From positions 15,376,001 to 15,440,000 of the forward strand of contig NC_086108.1 of the NCBI RefSeq assembly GCF_963921235.1: a stretch of 64,000 nt of DNA, read 5' to 3'. The stretch is from Mobula hypostoma. Its lineage: Eukaryota. Below are positions 26,720-40,947 of the stretch, one piece after another. The first letter of the stretch is position 1; every line of letters begins with the position of its first letter. Under the pieces are notes generated by a model that saw only the letters and a list, made by a program, of their open reading frames with translations, searched no databases and had not been told where the DNA came from. The position numbers were made by a program, and so were the translations under genes.

Positions 26720-27082
26720 TTCACAGAATCATAGCATGGAAACAGGCCCTTCTGGCCATCTTATTAATGCTAATCAACATTCCAACTAAGTTTATCCCAT
26801 TTGCCTGCATATGGTCCATATACTTCTAAACCATTCCAATCCATGTTCCTGTCCAAAAATCTTTTAAATGTCTTTATTGTACCTGCCTTAACCACTTCCA
26901 ATGGCAGCTTGTTGCATATACGCATCATCCCCTGCGTGAAGAAGTTTCCCCTCAGATCCCCTTTAAATCTTCCCTTAAACTTATGCCTATAGTTTTTGAT
27001 TCCCTTTTCCCAAAGGAAAAGTCTATGCACATTCAATCTATCTATGCCACATATGATTTTTATACACCTCTATAAGGTCACC
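26720..27082 (-). mobile_element. Old CR1 LINE 3' fragment
   Basis: RFKGDLRGNFFTQGMMRICNKLP...FKRFLDR on the minus strand. Confidence 0.75.
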
Positions 27083-27484
27083 CCTGCAAGAAATATCCAA
27101 GCCTTTCCTATAATTCAGACCTTTGAATCAATGTGGTGTATGTTAGTCATAGTTACAGTGAAGGTCTGGGGGTATACCAAGGACTGTTTTAGTGAAGGTT
27201 TGGGATATATCTGACATCATTATAATGGGACAGTGCAGACTTGAGGTAAATTAAGTAAACTCTGTTCATCTGCCTTCATAATTTAGCCTTTTAAATCTAG
27301 TGTGGTGAATCTGCATAGCACTTCACTATCTGCCTCAATTCCCCTTGTTCTTCTTTGAGCAGTTGTACCAGAACTGAATGTAAAACTCCAGATAGGGTCT
27401 TGGCAGTGCTTTGTAAGAGTGGAAGATGAGGACAGTGATCATGAATTAAAAATTTGAACCTGTACATCTCTCCCTGTCTTTCAG

Positions 27485-27642
27485 GTCAGTCGAATTCTGT
27501 ACAGCTTTTCTACTGCTTTCCGCCGGTCTTCCAAACAGACAACAGAGGTAAAAGACATGGGTGACACAAGCCCCGAGAGTGACAGCTATAACTTCACAGT
27601 CTCTCTGGAAATAAAGGAGGATGATGGAAAAGGCAACTTCAG
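27485..27642 (+). CDS. RABGAP1L: RABGAP1L internal coding exon B
   Basis: ctttcag|GTC acceptor, TTCAG|gtgaac donor; 158 nt (phase 0 to 2); VSRILYSFSTAFRRSSKQTTEVKDMGDTSPESDSYNFTVSLEIKEDDGKGNF(S). Confidence 0.93.
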
Positions 27643-28753
27643 GTGAACCGAGATTAGATTGAGGAACAGGAGTGGATCATTCAGTCCTTTGGGCCTGCTC
27701 AATTTAACACCATAGCTGATTGTTCTGGGCTCTTCAACCATCAGGAACATCCCATCTGGTTTCTACTCTGTGTGGTTATGTTCAGGTTTCGTAGATTCCT
27801 CTTATTATTCTAAAATCCAGTAAACGCAAGCCTAGCACCCAATCCTTCATGTTTTGACGTCACAGGAATCAGTCATTGTTGTAATCCCTCCCTGGCAAGA
27901 ACATCTTCCTTCCTTCTCACACAGCTTCAAGTGGTGTCTCAGCAAAGTCCTGTACAGCTGTAGCTGGATATTCTTGCTCCTGGGCTCAAGTCCTCATACA
28001 ATGAAGACCAGCATACCATTTATCTTTCTAATTGCTTGCTTTTAGTAACCTACACCCAGGTATTGTGGCACTATTCTTTTTCCCCAACTGTCATCATTCT
28101 GATTCATTGTTTCTGTAAACAGTGGACACCTTGTATTTCTCTACACTAAAATTCATTTTCCAGGCACTTATCCACTGAGCCAACATGTCTAAATGCACTG
28201 TTGTTTCTTTGTGTCCTCATAGTTCTTCACACTTCCCCCAGCTTTGTGTGGTCTGCAGACTTGGCGATGTTACATTTCTCATGGTTTTGAACATATTGGT
28301 AAATATCCTTCTCTCCTGCTCTGCTGGAAGGAGAACTGTCCTAACTTTCCAGTTTCTTCAATCTATTGAATTCTAAAAGTGGTACTGCTCCAATCTCCTC
28401 TGCACTCTCTCCCAGCCTGTAGCATTATTTCCAAAGCCTGTAATTGGACAAGGTAGAGGTACAGATTTAAACAGTGTTTAATAATGTTACAGCAAGACTT
28501 CCTAATGTTGCTAACTCTCTGCAGCTATGTGAAATTACCAATGTTCGGATGTTTTGATGATGTTGGGCAGTATCAAAATGCACCAAACTATGTACTTTCT
28601 ATAGTGGTTTCTTGTACTGATGTCTGCAAAACATTAGGGAACAATCTCCTTGAGGTAGATTTTACAGCAAACTATTATTCATAGTATGACTCAGTAGTAA
28701 GTGATTTTTTGTTTTGATTCCTGAACCTGAAATAATCTATTTTCTCTTTACAG

Positions 28754-28864
28754 TGCTGTACCGAAGGACAGAGACAAACTTTATTTTAAGTTGCGACAAG
28801 GGGTAGAGAAAAAATTAATAATCAATGTGCAGCAAACATCAAACAATGAGCTCTCCATTGAGAG
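28754..28864 (+). CDS. RABGAP1L: RABGAP1L internal coding exon C
   Basis: ctttacag|T acceptor, GAGAG|gtaata donor; 111 nt (phase 2 to 2); AVPKDRDKLYFKLRQGVEKKLIINVQQTSNNELSIE(R). Confidence 0.93.
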
Positions 28865-28927
28865 GTAATATTCTTATAAACTGATTGATGTAGTTCTTAT
28901 TAAGGTTGGTTAGCTATAATAATGATG

Positions 28928-29106
28928 ACACAAGAGACTGCAAATCCCAGGATCTGGTTAAAAAGCAAACTGCTGGAGGAATTCAACAGGCTAGGCATCA
29001 TCTGTGGCAGTCGAAGTTTTGGTTCTCAGCCTGAAATGTTGATCATCCCTTTGCCTCCATGGATATTGCTTGACCCACTGAGTTCATACAGCAGTTCGCT
29101 TTTTGC
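28928..29106. repeat. Degenerate miniature palindromic Penelope-like-derived element
   Basis: ctgctggaggaattcaacagg / ctgagttcatacagcag inverted arms with cctgaaatgttga remnant at the centre. Confidence 0.55.
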
Positions 29107-29934
29107 TACAGTAATGATGCATTTCTTACTTTCACTGCAAGTTGGTGCATTTTATAAATTCTCATCATCTTTGCTTCGTTGCCATGATTCTGTGATGTCT
29201 CGCCCAGCTGTTCATTCCTAATTGTGAAAGCTGGCAGAATATTTGATTGATCATGCTTCCTACACACGCTTTAGTATAGTTTATAGGTTGCTGTCATTAT
29301 ATTTGATTTTGTTTACTTGTTTTCCCCCACACCCCTCCCAGCCATTCTGTGCATGGATTCTGAAGGAGCTGTGTCAGAGAATTTGGGTGGGAGAAAGGAG
29401 GAAGATTACACTACCATATCAAAGTGCAGCATTCCATAACAGATCTGTTGAAAGGTGAAAGTACTCGACACAGAAAATGTGTTTCCTGGTAGTGAGCAGA
29501 GTTCTGTAGCAGCCAAGTCTGGCTAAGTGTTGCCCTTGTGATTTGTGATGAGAGATCAGGAGTCAGGATTCTCTTCACACACGGTCAGGAAACGTCGACA
29601 CGCCATATCCTTCCACAGATGCTGCCTTGTTTGCTGAGTTCAACTAGCATCAAGTTTGTTGTCTTCCCATTGCTTGAAAATTCTGATTACAATGAAACTC
29701 CAATCATCTGTTGTCTGACTTTAGGAATTGACCTAATTAAATTCTGTTCCACGTGTGGCAGCAAATTGTAATCGTATTACTGGTATTTTCAAGCTATTGT
29801 ACAACATTGGATGTGTTTTGGAGAGTCTGCATTCCTATTGCCTTGAGTAAAACAACAACTTCCATTTATGTAACACACCTAAAGCATCACAAGGTCCCAA
29901 AGTACTGGCATGATGCAGAAGATATATATAAAAG

Positions 29935-32005
29935 CGTGAGATATAGGAGCAGAAGTAGGCCATTTGGCCCGTTGAGTCTGTTCCGCCATTCAATCATGGG
30001 CTGATCCAATTCTTCTAGTCATCCCCACTCCCCTGCCTTCTCCCCATACCCTTTGATGCCCTGGCTAATCAAGAACCTATCTATCTCTGCCTTTAATACA
30101 CCAAATGACTTGACCTCCACAGCTGCACCCTCTGACTAAAGTAGTTTCTCCGCATCTCTGTTCTAAGTGGACGTTCTTCAATCCTGAAGTGGTGCCCTCT
30201 TGTCCTAGACTCCCCTACCACAGGAAATAGATTGCCATATCTAATCTGTTCAGGCCTTTTAACATTCAGAATGTTTCTGTGAGATTCCCCCTCATTCTCC
30301 TGAACTCCAGGGAATACAGCCCAAGATTTACCAGATGTTCCTCATATGGTAACTCTTTCATTCCTGGAATCATTCTTGTGAACCTTCTCTGAACTCTCTC
30401 CAATGTCAGCATATCCTTTCTTAAATAAGGAGCACAAAACTGCACACAATACTCCAAGTGTGGTCTCACGAGCGCCTTATAGAGCCTCAACATCACACCC
30501 CTGTTCTTACATTCTATACCTCTAGAAATGAATGCCAACATTGCATTCGCCTTCTTCACCACCGACTCAACCTGTAGGTTAACTTTTAAGGTATCCTGCA
30601 CAAAGACTCCCAAGTCCCTTTGCATCTCTGCATTTTGAATTCTCTCCCCATCTAAATGATAGTCTGCCCATTTATTTCTTCCACCAAAGTGCATGATCAT
30701 ATTCTTTCCAACATTGTATTTCATTTGCCACTTCTTTGCCCATTCCCCAAAACTATTTAAGTCTCTCTGCAGGCTCTCTGTTTCCTCAACACTATCTGCT
30801 CTTCCACCTATCTTTGTATCATCGGCAAATTTAGCCACAAATCCATTAATTCTATAGTCCAAATCATTGACGTACATCATAAGAAGCAGCAATCCCAACA
30901 CCAACCCTTGTGGAACTCCACTGGTAACTGGCAGAATATGATCCCTGTATTCCCACTCTTTGTTTTCTGCCATTCAGCCAATGCTCCACCCATGCTAGTA
31001 ACTCCCCTGTAATTCCATGGGCTCTTAACTTGCTAAGCAGCCTCATGTGCGGCACCTTGTCAAAGGCCTTCTGAAAATCCAAGGGCACCACATCTACTGC
31101 ATCTCCTTTGTCTACCCTACCTGTAATTTCCTCAAAAAATTTGCAGTAGGTTGGCCAAGCAGGATTTTCCTTTCAGGAAACCAGGCTGGCTTTGGTCTAT
31201 CTTGTCATAAGCCTCCAGCTTCCTGAGCACCTTCTCAGTCATAATTTTCATGGCACATACTTCACTTCCCTGACATGCTTGAATGTCCGGTATACTGCAG
31301 ATATCTTTCACTGTGAAGACTGATGCAAAATATGCATTCAGCACCTCTGCCGTCTCTGCATCTCTCATTACAATATCTCCAGCGTCATTTTCTATTGGTC
31401 CTATATGTACTCTCGACTTTATTTTACCCTTTATATACTTAAAAAAGCTTTTAGTATCTTTGATATTAGTTGCCAGTTTCCTTTTATAATTCATCTTTTC
31501 CTTCCTAATGACCTTCTTAGTTTCCATCTGTAAGTTTTTAAATCCCAATCTTTTATTGCCCACTAGGTTTAGCTGCCTTGTATGCCCTCTCTTTTGCTTT
31601 TACTTTGGCTCTGACAGGGTAGTGTCCTTCTTCCATTAGAAAATTTCTTCTTCTTTGGAATATATCTGATTTGCAGTTCCCTCATTTTTCGCAGAAACTC
31701 CAGCCATTGCTGCTGTGCTGTCCTTCCTGCTAGTGTCCCTTTCCAGTCAACTTTGGCCAGTTCCTCTTTCATGCCATTGTGATTTCCTTTATTCCACTGA
31801 AATACCGATACATTGGAATTTAGTTTCTCCTTCTCAAATTTCAAAGTGAACTCGATCATATTGTCCCTAAGGGTTCCTTAAACTTAAGCTCTTTTATCAC
31901 CTCCGGATCATTGCACAACACAGCTGATTCCCTAGTGGGCTCAACAACAAGATGTTCTAAAAAGTCATCCCTTAGACATTCCACAAATTCTCTCTCTTGA
32001 GGTCC
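29935..32005 (-). mobile_element. CR1 LINE, truncated and internally deleted
   Basis: LDFQKAFDKVPH, GVPQGLVLG, KFADDTK, LVRPHLEYCVQF on the minus strand; CR1 3' tail near 29940. Confidence 0.9.
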
Positions 32006-32184
32006 AATATATATAGCTATTTTACAGTTTGTTTTAGAAGTTCATTATAAATTGAGAGGCTGCACCAGTTGAATCCAGGAAAATGTTCCTATTATAACAT
32101 TTTGACTGCCTATATTATTCAAATAATATTTGGCTCATTTGATGTGCAGCTATTAGCTTTTGTGTGTTTTGGAGTGTTATAGAA

Positions 32185-34715
32185 CTGAGAGACCTAGGAA
32201 TGCAAGTACATAGTTTGTTAAAAGCAGCATCACAGGTTAATACAAGGTGTTGGGCATGTTAGCCTTTAGTCAAGGCATGAAGTTTAAGACAAGGGGTGAT
32301 ATGGTGCAATTACATAAGTTATTGCCAAGGCCATTCTTGGGGGTACTATATACAGTTTTGGTTACCCTGTTATATAGGAAAGATGTAATTAAATTAAAAA
32401 GTGCAGAAAAAATATACTGGATGTTGCCCGGACTTGGGGGCCTGAGATGCAAGGAGAAGTCATGTAGGCAATACAGCGTAGGAGCAGAATTAAGTAATCG
32501 GCCCATCAAGTCTGCTCCACCACTTCATCATGGCTGACCCATTTCATAGTAGTCGTACTTTATTGATCCCGAGGGAAATTGGTTTTCGTTACAGTTGCAC
32601 CATAATTAATTAAATAGTAATAAAACCATAAATAATTAAATAGTAATATGTAAATTATGCCAGGAAATAAGTCCAGGACCAGCCTATTGGCTCAGGGTGT
32701 TTGACCCTCCAAGGGAGGAGTTGTCTCAATCTCCCTCTCAACCCCAATCTCCTGCCTTCTCCCCATAACCTTTCACACCCTGAAAAATCAAGTACCTATC
32801 AACCTCTACCTTAAATTCACCCAGTGACCTGGCTTTCCCAGCTGCCTGTGACAATGAATTCTGCAGGTTCACTGCTCTTTGGCTAAAGAAATGCCTCCTC
32901 ATCTCCATTCTAAATGGACGTCCCTCTATTCTGAGGCTGTTCCCTGTGGTCCCAGGCTCCCCAACTACAGGAAACATCCTCTCCACATCCGCTCTATCTA
33001 GACCTTTCAACATCCGATAGATTTCAATGAGATCCTCCCGGATTCTTATAAACTCCAGCGAGTACAGGCCCGGAACTATCAAGCACTCCTCCTCTGAACC
33101 CTCTCCAATGTCAGCATATCCTTTCATAGATAAGGGGCCCAAAGCTGCTTACAATACTGCAAGTGAGGCCTCACCAGTGCCGAAAAAGCCTCAGCATTAT
33201 ATACTTACTTTTATATTCTACTCCTCTCAAAATGCATTTACCTTCCTCACCACCGACTCAACCTGCAAGTTAAGCTTTAGGGAATCATGCAAAAGGACTC
33301 CTAAGTCCCTTTGCACCTTGGATTTTTGAATTCTCTCCCCATTTAGAAAATAGTCTATGCTTTCATTCCTTCTACCAAAGTGCATGACCATACACTTCCC
33401 AGCACTGTATTCCATCTGCCACTTCTTCGCCCATTTTCCTAATCTGTCTGAATCTTTCTGCAGCCTCCCCACTTCCTCAATACTACCTGCCCCTCCACCT
33501 ATCTTAGTATCGTCCACAAACTTGGCCACAAGGCCATTAATTCCGTCATCCAAATAATTGACATACAATGTAAAAAGAAGTGGACTCAATACCAACCCCT
33601 GTGGAATGCCACTAGGAATGAGTAGCCAACCAGGAAAGGCCCTCCTTATTTCCACTATTTGCCTCCTGCCAGTCAGCCAATGTTCTATCCATGCTAGTAT
33701 CTTTCCTGTAATACCATGGGCTCTTATCTTGCTAAGTAGCCTCGTGTAGCATCTTGTCGATGGCTTCTGAAAATTCAAATGCAAAGCATCAACCAATTCT
33801 CCTTTGTTTATCCTGCTTGTTATTTCTTCAAAGAATTCCAATAGATTTGTCAGGCAAGATTTTACCTTAAGGAGACCATACTGACTTTGGCCGATTTTAT
33901 CATGTGCCTCCAAGTACACCGAAACATCATCCTTAACAATTGACTACAACATCTTCCCAACCACTGAGGCCAGGTTATTTGGCCTATAATTTCCTTTCTC
34001 CTGCCTCTCTGCTTTCTTGAAGAGTGGAGTGACATTTGCAATTTTCCAGTCTTATGGAATCATTTTAGAATCTATTAATTCTTGAAAGATCATTACTAAT
34101 GCTTCCATAATTTCTTCAGCTATCTCTTTCAGAACCCTGGAGTGTAATCCATCTGGTCCAGGTGATCAGACCTTTCAGCTTCCTAAGCATTTTCTCCCCA
34201 GTGATGGCAACTTCACTGACACCCTGACACTCTCGAACTTCCTGCATACTGCTGGTGTCTTCCACAATGAAGAACGGTGAAAAATACTTATTCAGTTTGT
34301 GCGCCATTTCCTTGTTTCCCCATTACTACCTTTACAGTGTCATTTTCCAGTGGTCCGATATCTACTCTTGCCTCTCTTTTACTCTTTCTATATCTGAAAA
34401 AGTGATATAAACAATATAAAACTATAACTATATAAAGTGTAGACTCCAACTTTACTTCCTGGAATGTTAAGAGAATGAGGAGTGACCTGATAGAGGTATA
34501 AGGTCATGAGGGGCATGGACAGAGTGAAAGCATGTAGTTATTTTCTCAGGGTGCTAAAAACAAACAGGTTTAAGATCAGAGGTGAGTGATTTAAAAGGGA
34601 CATCTGATGCAGCCTTTTCATACAGAGTATTTGAAATGAGCTGTCAGAAATGGAGGTTGAGGCCGGCACATTAGCAGCATTTAAAAGCCATATAGATAAC
34701 TACATGCATAGAAAG
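32185..34715. mobile_element. Nested cluster: old + strand CR1 (~32185-32470, resuming ~34441-34715), interrupted by a - strand CR1 (~32478-34422), which is interrupted by a Rex1-type 3' tail (~32546-32723)
   Basis: CR1 RT motifs on both strands (KSCLTNLLEFFEE, KFVDDTK); the 32546-32723 insert matches the 3' end of the element at 7622. Confidence 0.8.
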
Positions 34716-35103
34716 AGGTCCTACTTGTTATTTATTTATTTATGTATTTGTGCAGTTTGTTGTCTTTTGCACATTGGTGGTTTGTCAGTCTTTGTAGTTT
34801 TTCAATGATTCTCTTACATTTCTTTCTTCTACTGTGAATACCTGCAAGAAAATGAATCTCTGGGTAGTGTATATGTACTTCGATAATAAATTTACTTTGA
34901 AGCTTAAGTCAGAATCAGGTTAATTATCACTGACATGTTATGAAATTTATTGTTTTGCAGCAGCGGTACAATGCAGTGCTTAAAATACAAGTTACAATAA
35001 GAAATATATTTAAAAAAAACATAGTGCAAAAAGAGAAAAAATGGTCAGGTAGTGCTCATGAGTTCAGGGTTCATTCAAACATTTGGTTCTGTGTGCGAAA
35101 CAC

Positions 35104-35134
<31 letters not shown>

Positions 35135-35153
35135 TGTGTGTCTGTCTGTCTGT
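35104..35153. repeat. (TG)n/(TCTG)n microsatellite
   Basis: Direct reading. Confidence 0.95.
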
Positions 35154-36024
35154 CTTCAGGCTCCTGTATTACCTCCCTGATGGTAGCAATGAGACAAGGG
35201 GATGTCCTGGGTGGTGAGAATCCTTTGAAGATGTTCTCAGTATTGGGGAGGCTGAGTTTACAAGCCTCTGCTGATTTTTCCAATCCTGTGCATTGGTACC
35301 TTAATACCAGACGGTGATACTCTCCAAGGTATATCTGCAGAAATTTGCTAGAGTCTTTGGTGATGTACAAAATGTCCTTAAACTCCTAATGAAATATAGT
35401 TGCTGGTGTGCCTTCTTCATAATTGCCTCAATATGTTGAGCCCAGGATAGATATGTTGACACCCAGGAACTTGAAGCTGTTCATCCTTTCCACTGGTGAC
35501 CCCTTGATGAGGACTGGTGTATGTTCTCTTGCCTTACTCTTTCTCCTGATGTTAGAGGGCTATGGGCCAAGTGTGGGTAGATGGGGCTTCCATGCTGCTC
35601 AACACAGTCAGCATGGATAAGTTGAACCTAAACTCCCTCTCTCTGGTTCAAACCCCTCCCACACCTATGCTGTTTGATTCTTATGTCAAAGGTATAACTT
35701 TAATATTGAGTTTTTTAACCCCAGTAAAGTAAAAGCTGCAGGAAATGCAGTCGGTCAGGTTCACAGATCTGTCATTGAATGAAATGCATGTACGTTGGGG
35801 AAAGAAAGAGATGTTTTTTTATTTCTCATGCTCTTGATCCGAGGATGATAGATCTTGAAGCATAATGGCTCAAATTTTTCTGACCATGGCATTTTATTCA
35901 TATTATTCTCCAGCCTGTTTATATTTGAGGGCATTAAAGGAAGCAAGTGAGGAAATTGTGTACGTTTGAGACGTAATCTTCTAAATCTGTTAGAATTAAA
36001 GGATTACTAAGAATAAATAAATGC

Positions 36025-36770
36025 AAATATAAAGCAACCCACACAAAATGCTGGAGGAACCCAGAAGGTCAGGCAGCATCTATGGAAATGAATAGATAGT
36101 CGACATTTTGGGCCGAGACCCTTCTTCAGGACTGAGAAGGAAGGAGGAAAATGCCAGAATAAAAATGTGGGGAGAGGAAAAGAGACTAGCTGGAAGGTCA
36201 TAAGTGAAACTAGGTGGGTGGGAAAGATCAAGAGCTGGCGAAGAAAGAATCTGATAGGAGAGGAGAATGGACGATAGGAGAAAGGGAAGAGGAGTGGACC
36301 CAGTAGGAAGAAATATGTAAGAAATGAAAAGTCAGAGTGGAGAATAGGGTGTAGGGGTTAGGTTTCTCGAAGGAGAAATCAATATTCATGCCATCAGGGT
36401 GGAGAGTACCAAGATGTTGCTCCTCCATCCTGAGGGTGGCCTGGGAATGGGAATTAAAATGTTTGGCCACTGGGAAGTCCCGCTTGTGGCAGATAGTGTG
36501 GAGGTGCTGGACGAAGTGGTTCCCAATTTACGCGAGTCTCGCCAATGTAGAGGAGGAGCATCAGAAGCATTGGACACAATGGACAACCCCAGCAGGTTTT
36601 CAGGTGAAGTGTTGCCTCACCTGGAAGGACTGTTTGGGGACATGAATGGAGGTGAGGGAGAATGTGTATGAGCAGGTATCCTTGCACTTGGGGTGCTTGC
36701 AGGGATAAGTGCCTGGAGGGAGATTGGTGGGGAGGTATGAATGAACAATGGAATCGTGGAGGGAAGTGCA
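36025..36770 (-). mobile_element. Penelope-like element 3' fragment including GIY-YIG endonuclease remnant
   Basis: LLYIGETR, AKHFNSHS, LRMEEQHL..LHPDGMNIDFS; degenerate hammerhead at 36098-36134 (-). Confidence 0.8.
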
Positions 36771-37496
36771 AATATACTATTTTTAAAATGAAGTCTATAG
36801 GACAGAGTGAACATTTGGAAATTTAAACTGATTAAAATTGTGTAGCATATCTATTAGTAGTCAAGGGAAAACCTTTGAATGAGTTTTTTGTAGACTGCTC
36901 AAGGACAGAACTGTTGCACATAAGAGATTGCTAGCTGAAATTGAAATGGAATTTAATATGCATTATTGCTCTGATTTAGGAGATTGGCTAGTCAGGTTTC
37001 TTCTGCAGAATGCAAGTAGAATGCTGTTCACTCAGTTTCATGAATGTAACAGCTAGTATTAATCGTTGCTTGGGTAGTTTCGGAGGGGCTAATATTATGA
37101 GTGTTGAGCAGCAGTTAAAACCAGTTACTACCAATCAATGTTTACCAGCATCTTTTAAATGGCTGGAGCATGAGCTAGCAGGTGTACTACACTGAATAAC
37201 GGCACATCCCAGGAAAGCAAAGGTGCTGGTTGTCTGATTCACATAGGAGGATATGGAGTATGAAGAGTTCTCCTTTATTTGCAGCAAGCTCTCCATGCTC
37301 ACTATAAAGATGCTGAGAGTGCAAGTGGAGGTTGGAGAAGACAGTTCGGGCCCTGGTGAGATCCTGCCTTACCGAGGCCACTTTCTTGTGCGAGCCCTAT
37401 ACCCCTTGATTCAATACCACCTAAAAAATTATCAAGTTTAGTCTTGTAAATACTAGGTGTAACCCTCAGGCTCGCCCAGCTTGCGTTCGTCTAAGG

Positions 37497-38632
37497 CAGG
37501 GGTCCCCAACCTTTCTCGCACTGCGGACCGGTTTCATATTGAGAATATTCTTGCGGACCGGCGGATGGGGGGGGGGGCAGTGGTGGTAGGGTTGCCAATG
37601 GACAAGAGTAGCAGTCAAATACGCTGGGTTTTCCCCAGGAAAGACTACAATGACCATGAAACCATGCGTGATTTGGCATGCGTGTACGATTTTTTTCTAC
37701 AAATCGTTTTTGGCGATTCTGTTCGGGGGGGGTCTTATTCATGACTGGAATATCGGTGATAAGTGGCTAATACACTCAATTTCCTTTCTAAAAGGGTTTA
37801 TCTAACAAATTTAATATTAAACACACAGTGCATATTTTCCTCGCATGAATATAGTGATAAGTCAATTATCAGGGGAGCTTGAAATAAGTGTTGAACGAAC
37901 TTCCAGTAGAACTGGTAGAGGCAGGTTCGATATTATCATTCAAAGAAAAATTAGAGTAGCGTTAAAATTAGAGTAGGTGAGAGTAGCGTTCGGCACGGAC
38001 TAGAAGGGGAGAGATGGCCTGTTTCCGTGCTGTAATTGTTATATGGTTATATAAGTCAATAGCATTATAATATTTTAAGTAACCTTTGGATATTAAACAC
38101 GCAGCGCATGTTTTTCCCGTATGAACATATGAAAGCATTGCAACACACCAATATCGCTGAATCAGTGGGAGCCCTGGGCTTGTGTTCCTGCAACAACACG
38201 GTCCTATCGAAGGGTGATGGGAGACAGCGAATGGGAGACAGCGATAGTTGAACGGGGTTCCTTATGTCCAGTCTGTTCCGCAGTTTAGTTTTCGTTGCAT
38301 TCATTGCAGAGATATGTTGGAAATGGAAGCAACCTTTTCAGTGCTTTCGTGGCTACCTCAGGATTTTTAGCCTTGACTTTGATCCAGAATGCCGGCAGAG
38401 ATGTTATGTCAAACATACTTTCCAGCCCGCCGTCATTTGCAAGCTCGAGGAGTTGATCTCCTTTCCGCGCTGACGTGGATGACGCGCGGGTAATGACCTC
38501 GCATGCGTAATGGCTCAACAGTGGCCGTGACAGGGAATGAGGGAAGGTGCAGCTAACTCATATCGCCAAATCACATAACTGCCTCGCAGCCCGGTAGTGC
38601 ATGCTTTGTGGCCCGGTGGTTGGGGACCGCTG
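37497..38632 (-). mobile_element. Non-autonomous hAT (Charlie/Buster-type) element with transposase C-terminal remnant
   Basis: TIRs caggggtccccaacc / ggttggggaccgctg; TSD gtctaagg (37489-37496) / gtctaggg (38633-38640); LPAFWIKV..PEVATKALKRLLPFPTYLC dimerisation-domain remnant; small CR1 3' piece inside at ~37880-38050. Confidence 0.85.
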
Positions 38633-38712
38633 GTCTAGGGGAATCGGCCTTCGGCCCCGCCAAACTGGGTAATCACGTTTGTGTGGATGCTGTGTAATAC
38701 ACCCCCAGTTAC

Positions 38713-39393
38713 AAACCCAGACTCCCTGTCGTGGTCTTCTAGAGCATCCACTAAGAGGGCTTCACCCTCAGGCACTCTGGGAAATTTGGGGGTCCCCATC
38801 ACTCTCGCTACTTCCCCGGGCCGTACCACCATTGGCTTCGACTGGGTGAACCACACAGTCCCTCGTTTAAATTTGGCATCCGGCCCAATGCTGCCACACA
38901 CTTCCTCAAAGGCAGCTCAAAACACTGGGTGCACGGACAATATTCCCAAAAAACTCTCACTCTTCACTGGGGGATTGGGACTAATTAAACTTTCCAAGTC
39001 TGCCCACTCTTACCCCTCATTCCTCAGAAACGATAGAACCCTGTCTCTGAAATCTCTGCCCCCAACTGCAGGCAACTCAGCTTGTGACCCAGCCTGCTGG
39101 GCTCCCTTCTCTTCCTCCCTGACAGTATGGACACGCCATGGCCCCGCCTCACCTGGGTCACCAATAGACGTTGGCAGACCCACCGCTGTTACGTCAGCGC
39201 TAGTCTGAACTAAAACAAGGTCTGAGCCTGCCATGTTGTCAAACTTTCGCACTATGATTTCAACCTTGCCAACATCTGTACAACTGTACACAAACATCGA
39301 ATTAACAATTCATCCGGGGTATGAATATCCACACCACTCAACACACACGCATTAATTACCGGCAATCCCACAGAGGCACACCACTGCTGTAAC
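38713..39393 (-). mobile_element. Gypsy gag remnant of PNMA type, with a probable LTR at ~37458-38712 split by the hAT element
   Basis: GKVEIIVRKFD..DLVLVQT...GPWRVH...DFRDRVLSFLRNEG resembles the PNMA/Gypsy gag N-terminus; tgtaac...gttaca termini around the hAT insertion. Confidence 0.55.
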
Positions 39394-39734
39394 TCAGCAG
39401 CATCCATACCAGCAGAGATTTACAGATTTAAACAGGGCAGTCACACAGCGTTCAACGGAATCAATCCAGGACGTAGCCCTCAGGGAAGCATGGAAGGTTT
39501 TGAACTCATCTGGAAACAAAGCCCTACTGTCTCTCATATCACTTGATTCAACTTTATAAGAGGTAATAGTATTCAAGCTCTGCCACAACTGTGAAGCCTC
39601 CTTTGTTGATTCAAGTTTGGTTTGGAATTGCAACTTCACCTGTGGAATGGCTTTACAGTGATCATACTGAACCTCTGGTGCTACACGTTTATGCTGATGG
39701 TAATTGGGCATCATAAATAAATCTTTACTGATGG

Positions 39735-40520
39735 AGATCAGATATTTGCAATTAATGTCAGAGAAATGTATACAATATACATCCTGAAATTCTTTTTCTT
39801 CGCAAACATCCACGAAAACAGAGGGGTGCCCCAAAGAATGAATGACAGTTAAACGTTAGAACCCCAAAGCCCTCCCACGCACAGGCAGCAAAGCAACGAC
39901 CCCCCACTTCCCCCCCACCAGCAAAAACCTGCACCCTCCACCAAGCACTCAAGTGTGCAGCAAAGCATCAGTAAAGACACAGATTTGCAGTACTCAAAAG
40001 ACTGCTCGTTCACCCATTAATTCGAGATATCATAGGCTCGCTCTCTCCCTAATAAAGGAAAAAGAGGTGTCCCTGTTTCACAGCGAGAGGGGAGACATAA
40101 CAAAACAACTCACTGATCTAAGTCTGTTGCGTCACTTTTTCCGAGTTTTGTGCCCAAAGAGTATCTGGACACACATCCAGCAGCCAGCCCGCTGCTTTCG
40201 ATCTTCTGTGTACTCCCATGGCACATCAGGCAGCGGCACTGGCCTCGAATCTGCCTGCCTCCAGAGCCACGAAGATCTGGCAACCTGAAGACACGCTAGT
40301 CTTCAAAGCTGCATCATTGGCATATTGAAAAGCGGCCGGTCGTGAGGCCCTGAGAGTGGGTCCCATTTCCGCCAAGAACCGAAGTCAACGTGTAACTCCA
40401 GGTCAGGGTCTTCAAAAGAATCCTGAAAAGGAAAAAAAGAGATATTAAAGATAGAAATAGAGCTGTTTCTGAAGATGCAAACAAAGGAGTTGCCGTTAGG
40501 TGCCATCATCCTAAGCTCTG
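39735..40520 (-). repeat. Non-coding interspersed retroposon (related copy at ~50830-51790, 3' fragment at ~15855-15910) inside a decayed Rex1-type fragment
   Basis: Shared segments agagaaatgtatacaatat.catcctga, gtgccccaaagaatga.tgaca and gtaactccag.tcagggtctt between copies. Confidence 0.65.
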
Positions 40521-40947
40521 TGCAGTATTCCAGATGCTATCCTAGCAAGGCAGCAAAACGTCTTTCCTCTCAAGCACACTTCAATAAAGGCCAGTGTTCC
40601 ATTTACCTTTCTAATTAATTGCTGCTTTTGCATGTTAACTTTGTGCAAGGACATCCTTATCCCCAAGATACCAACACTTTCCAATCACTTACCATTTAAA
40701 AAAGTCACATTTTTGCACATCATTACACTGTCTCCATATCCTTGTTTAATCACTTCATCTCTGCATGTCTGTCTAAAGATGAGATTGTGCAGATGCTGGA
40801 AATCCAGAGTAACACAGTTAAAATGCTGGAGGAACTTAGCAGGGCAAGGAGTATCTGTGGAAAGGAATAAAGAGTTGAAGTTTAGGGCTAACACCCATTC
40901 TGATGAAGGGTCTTGGCCTGAAACGTTGACTCTTTATTCCTTTACAT

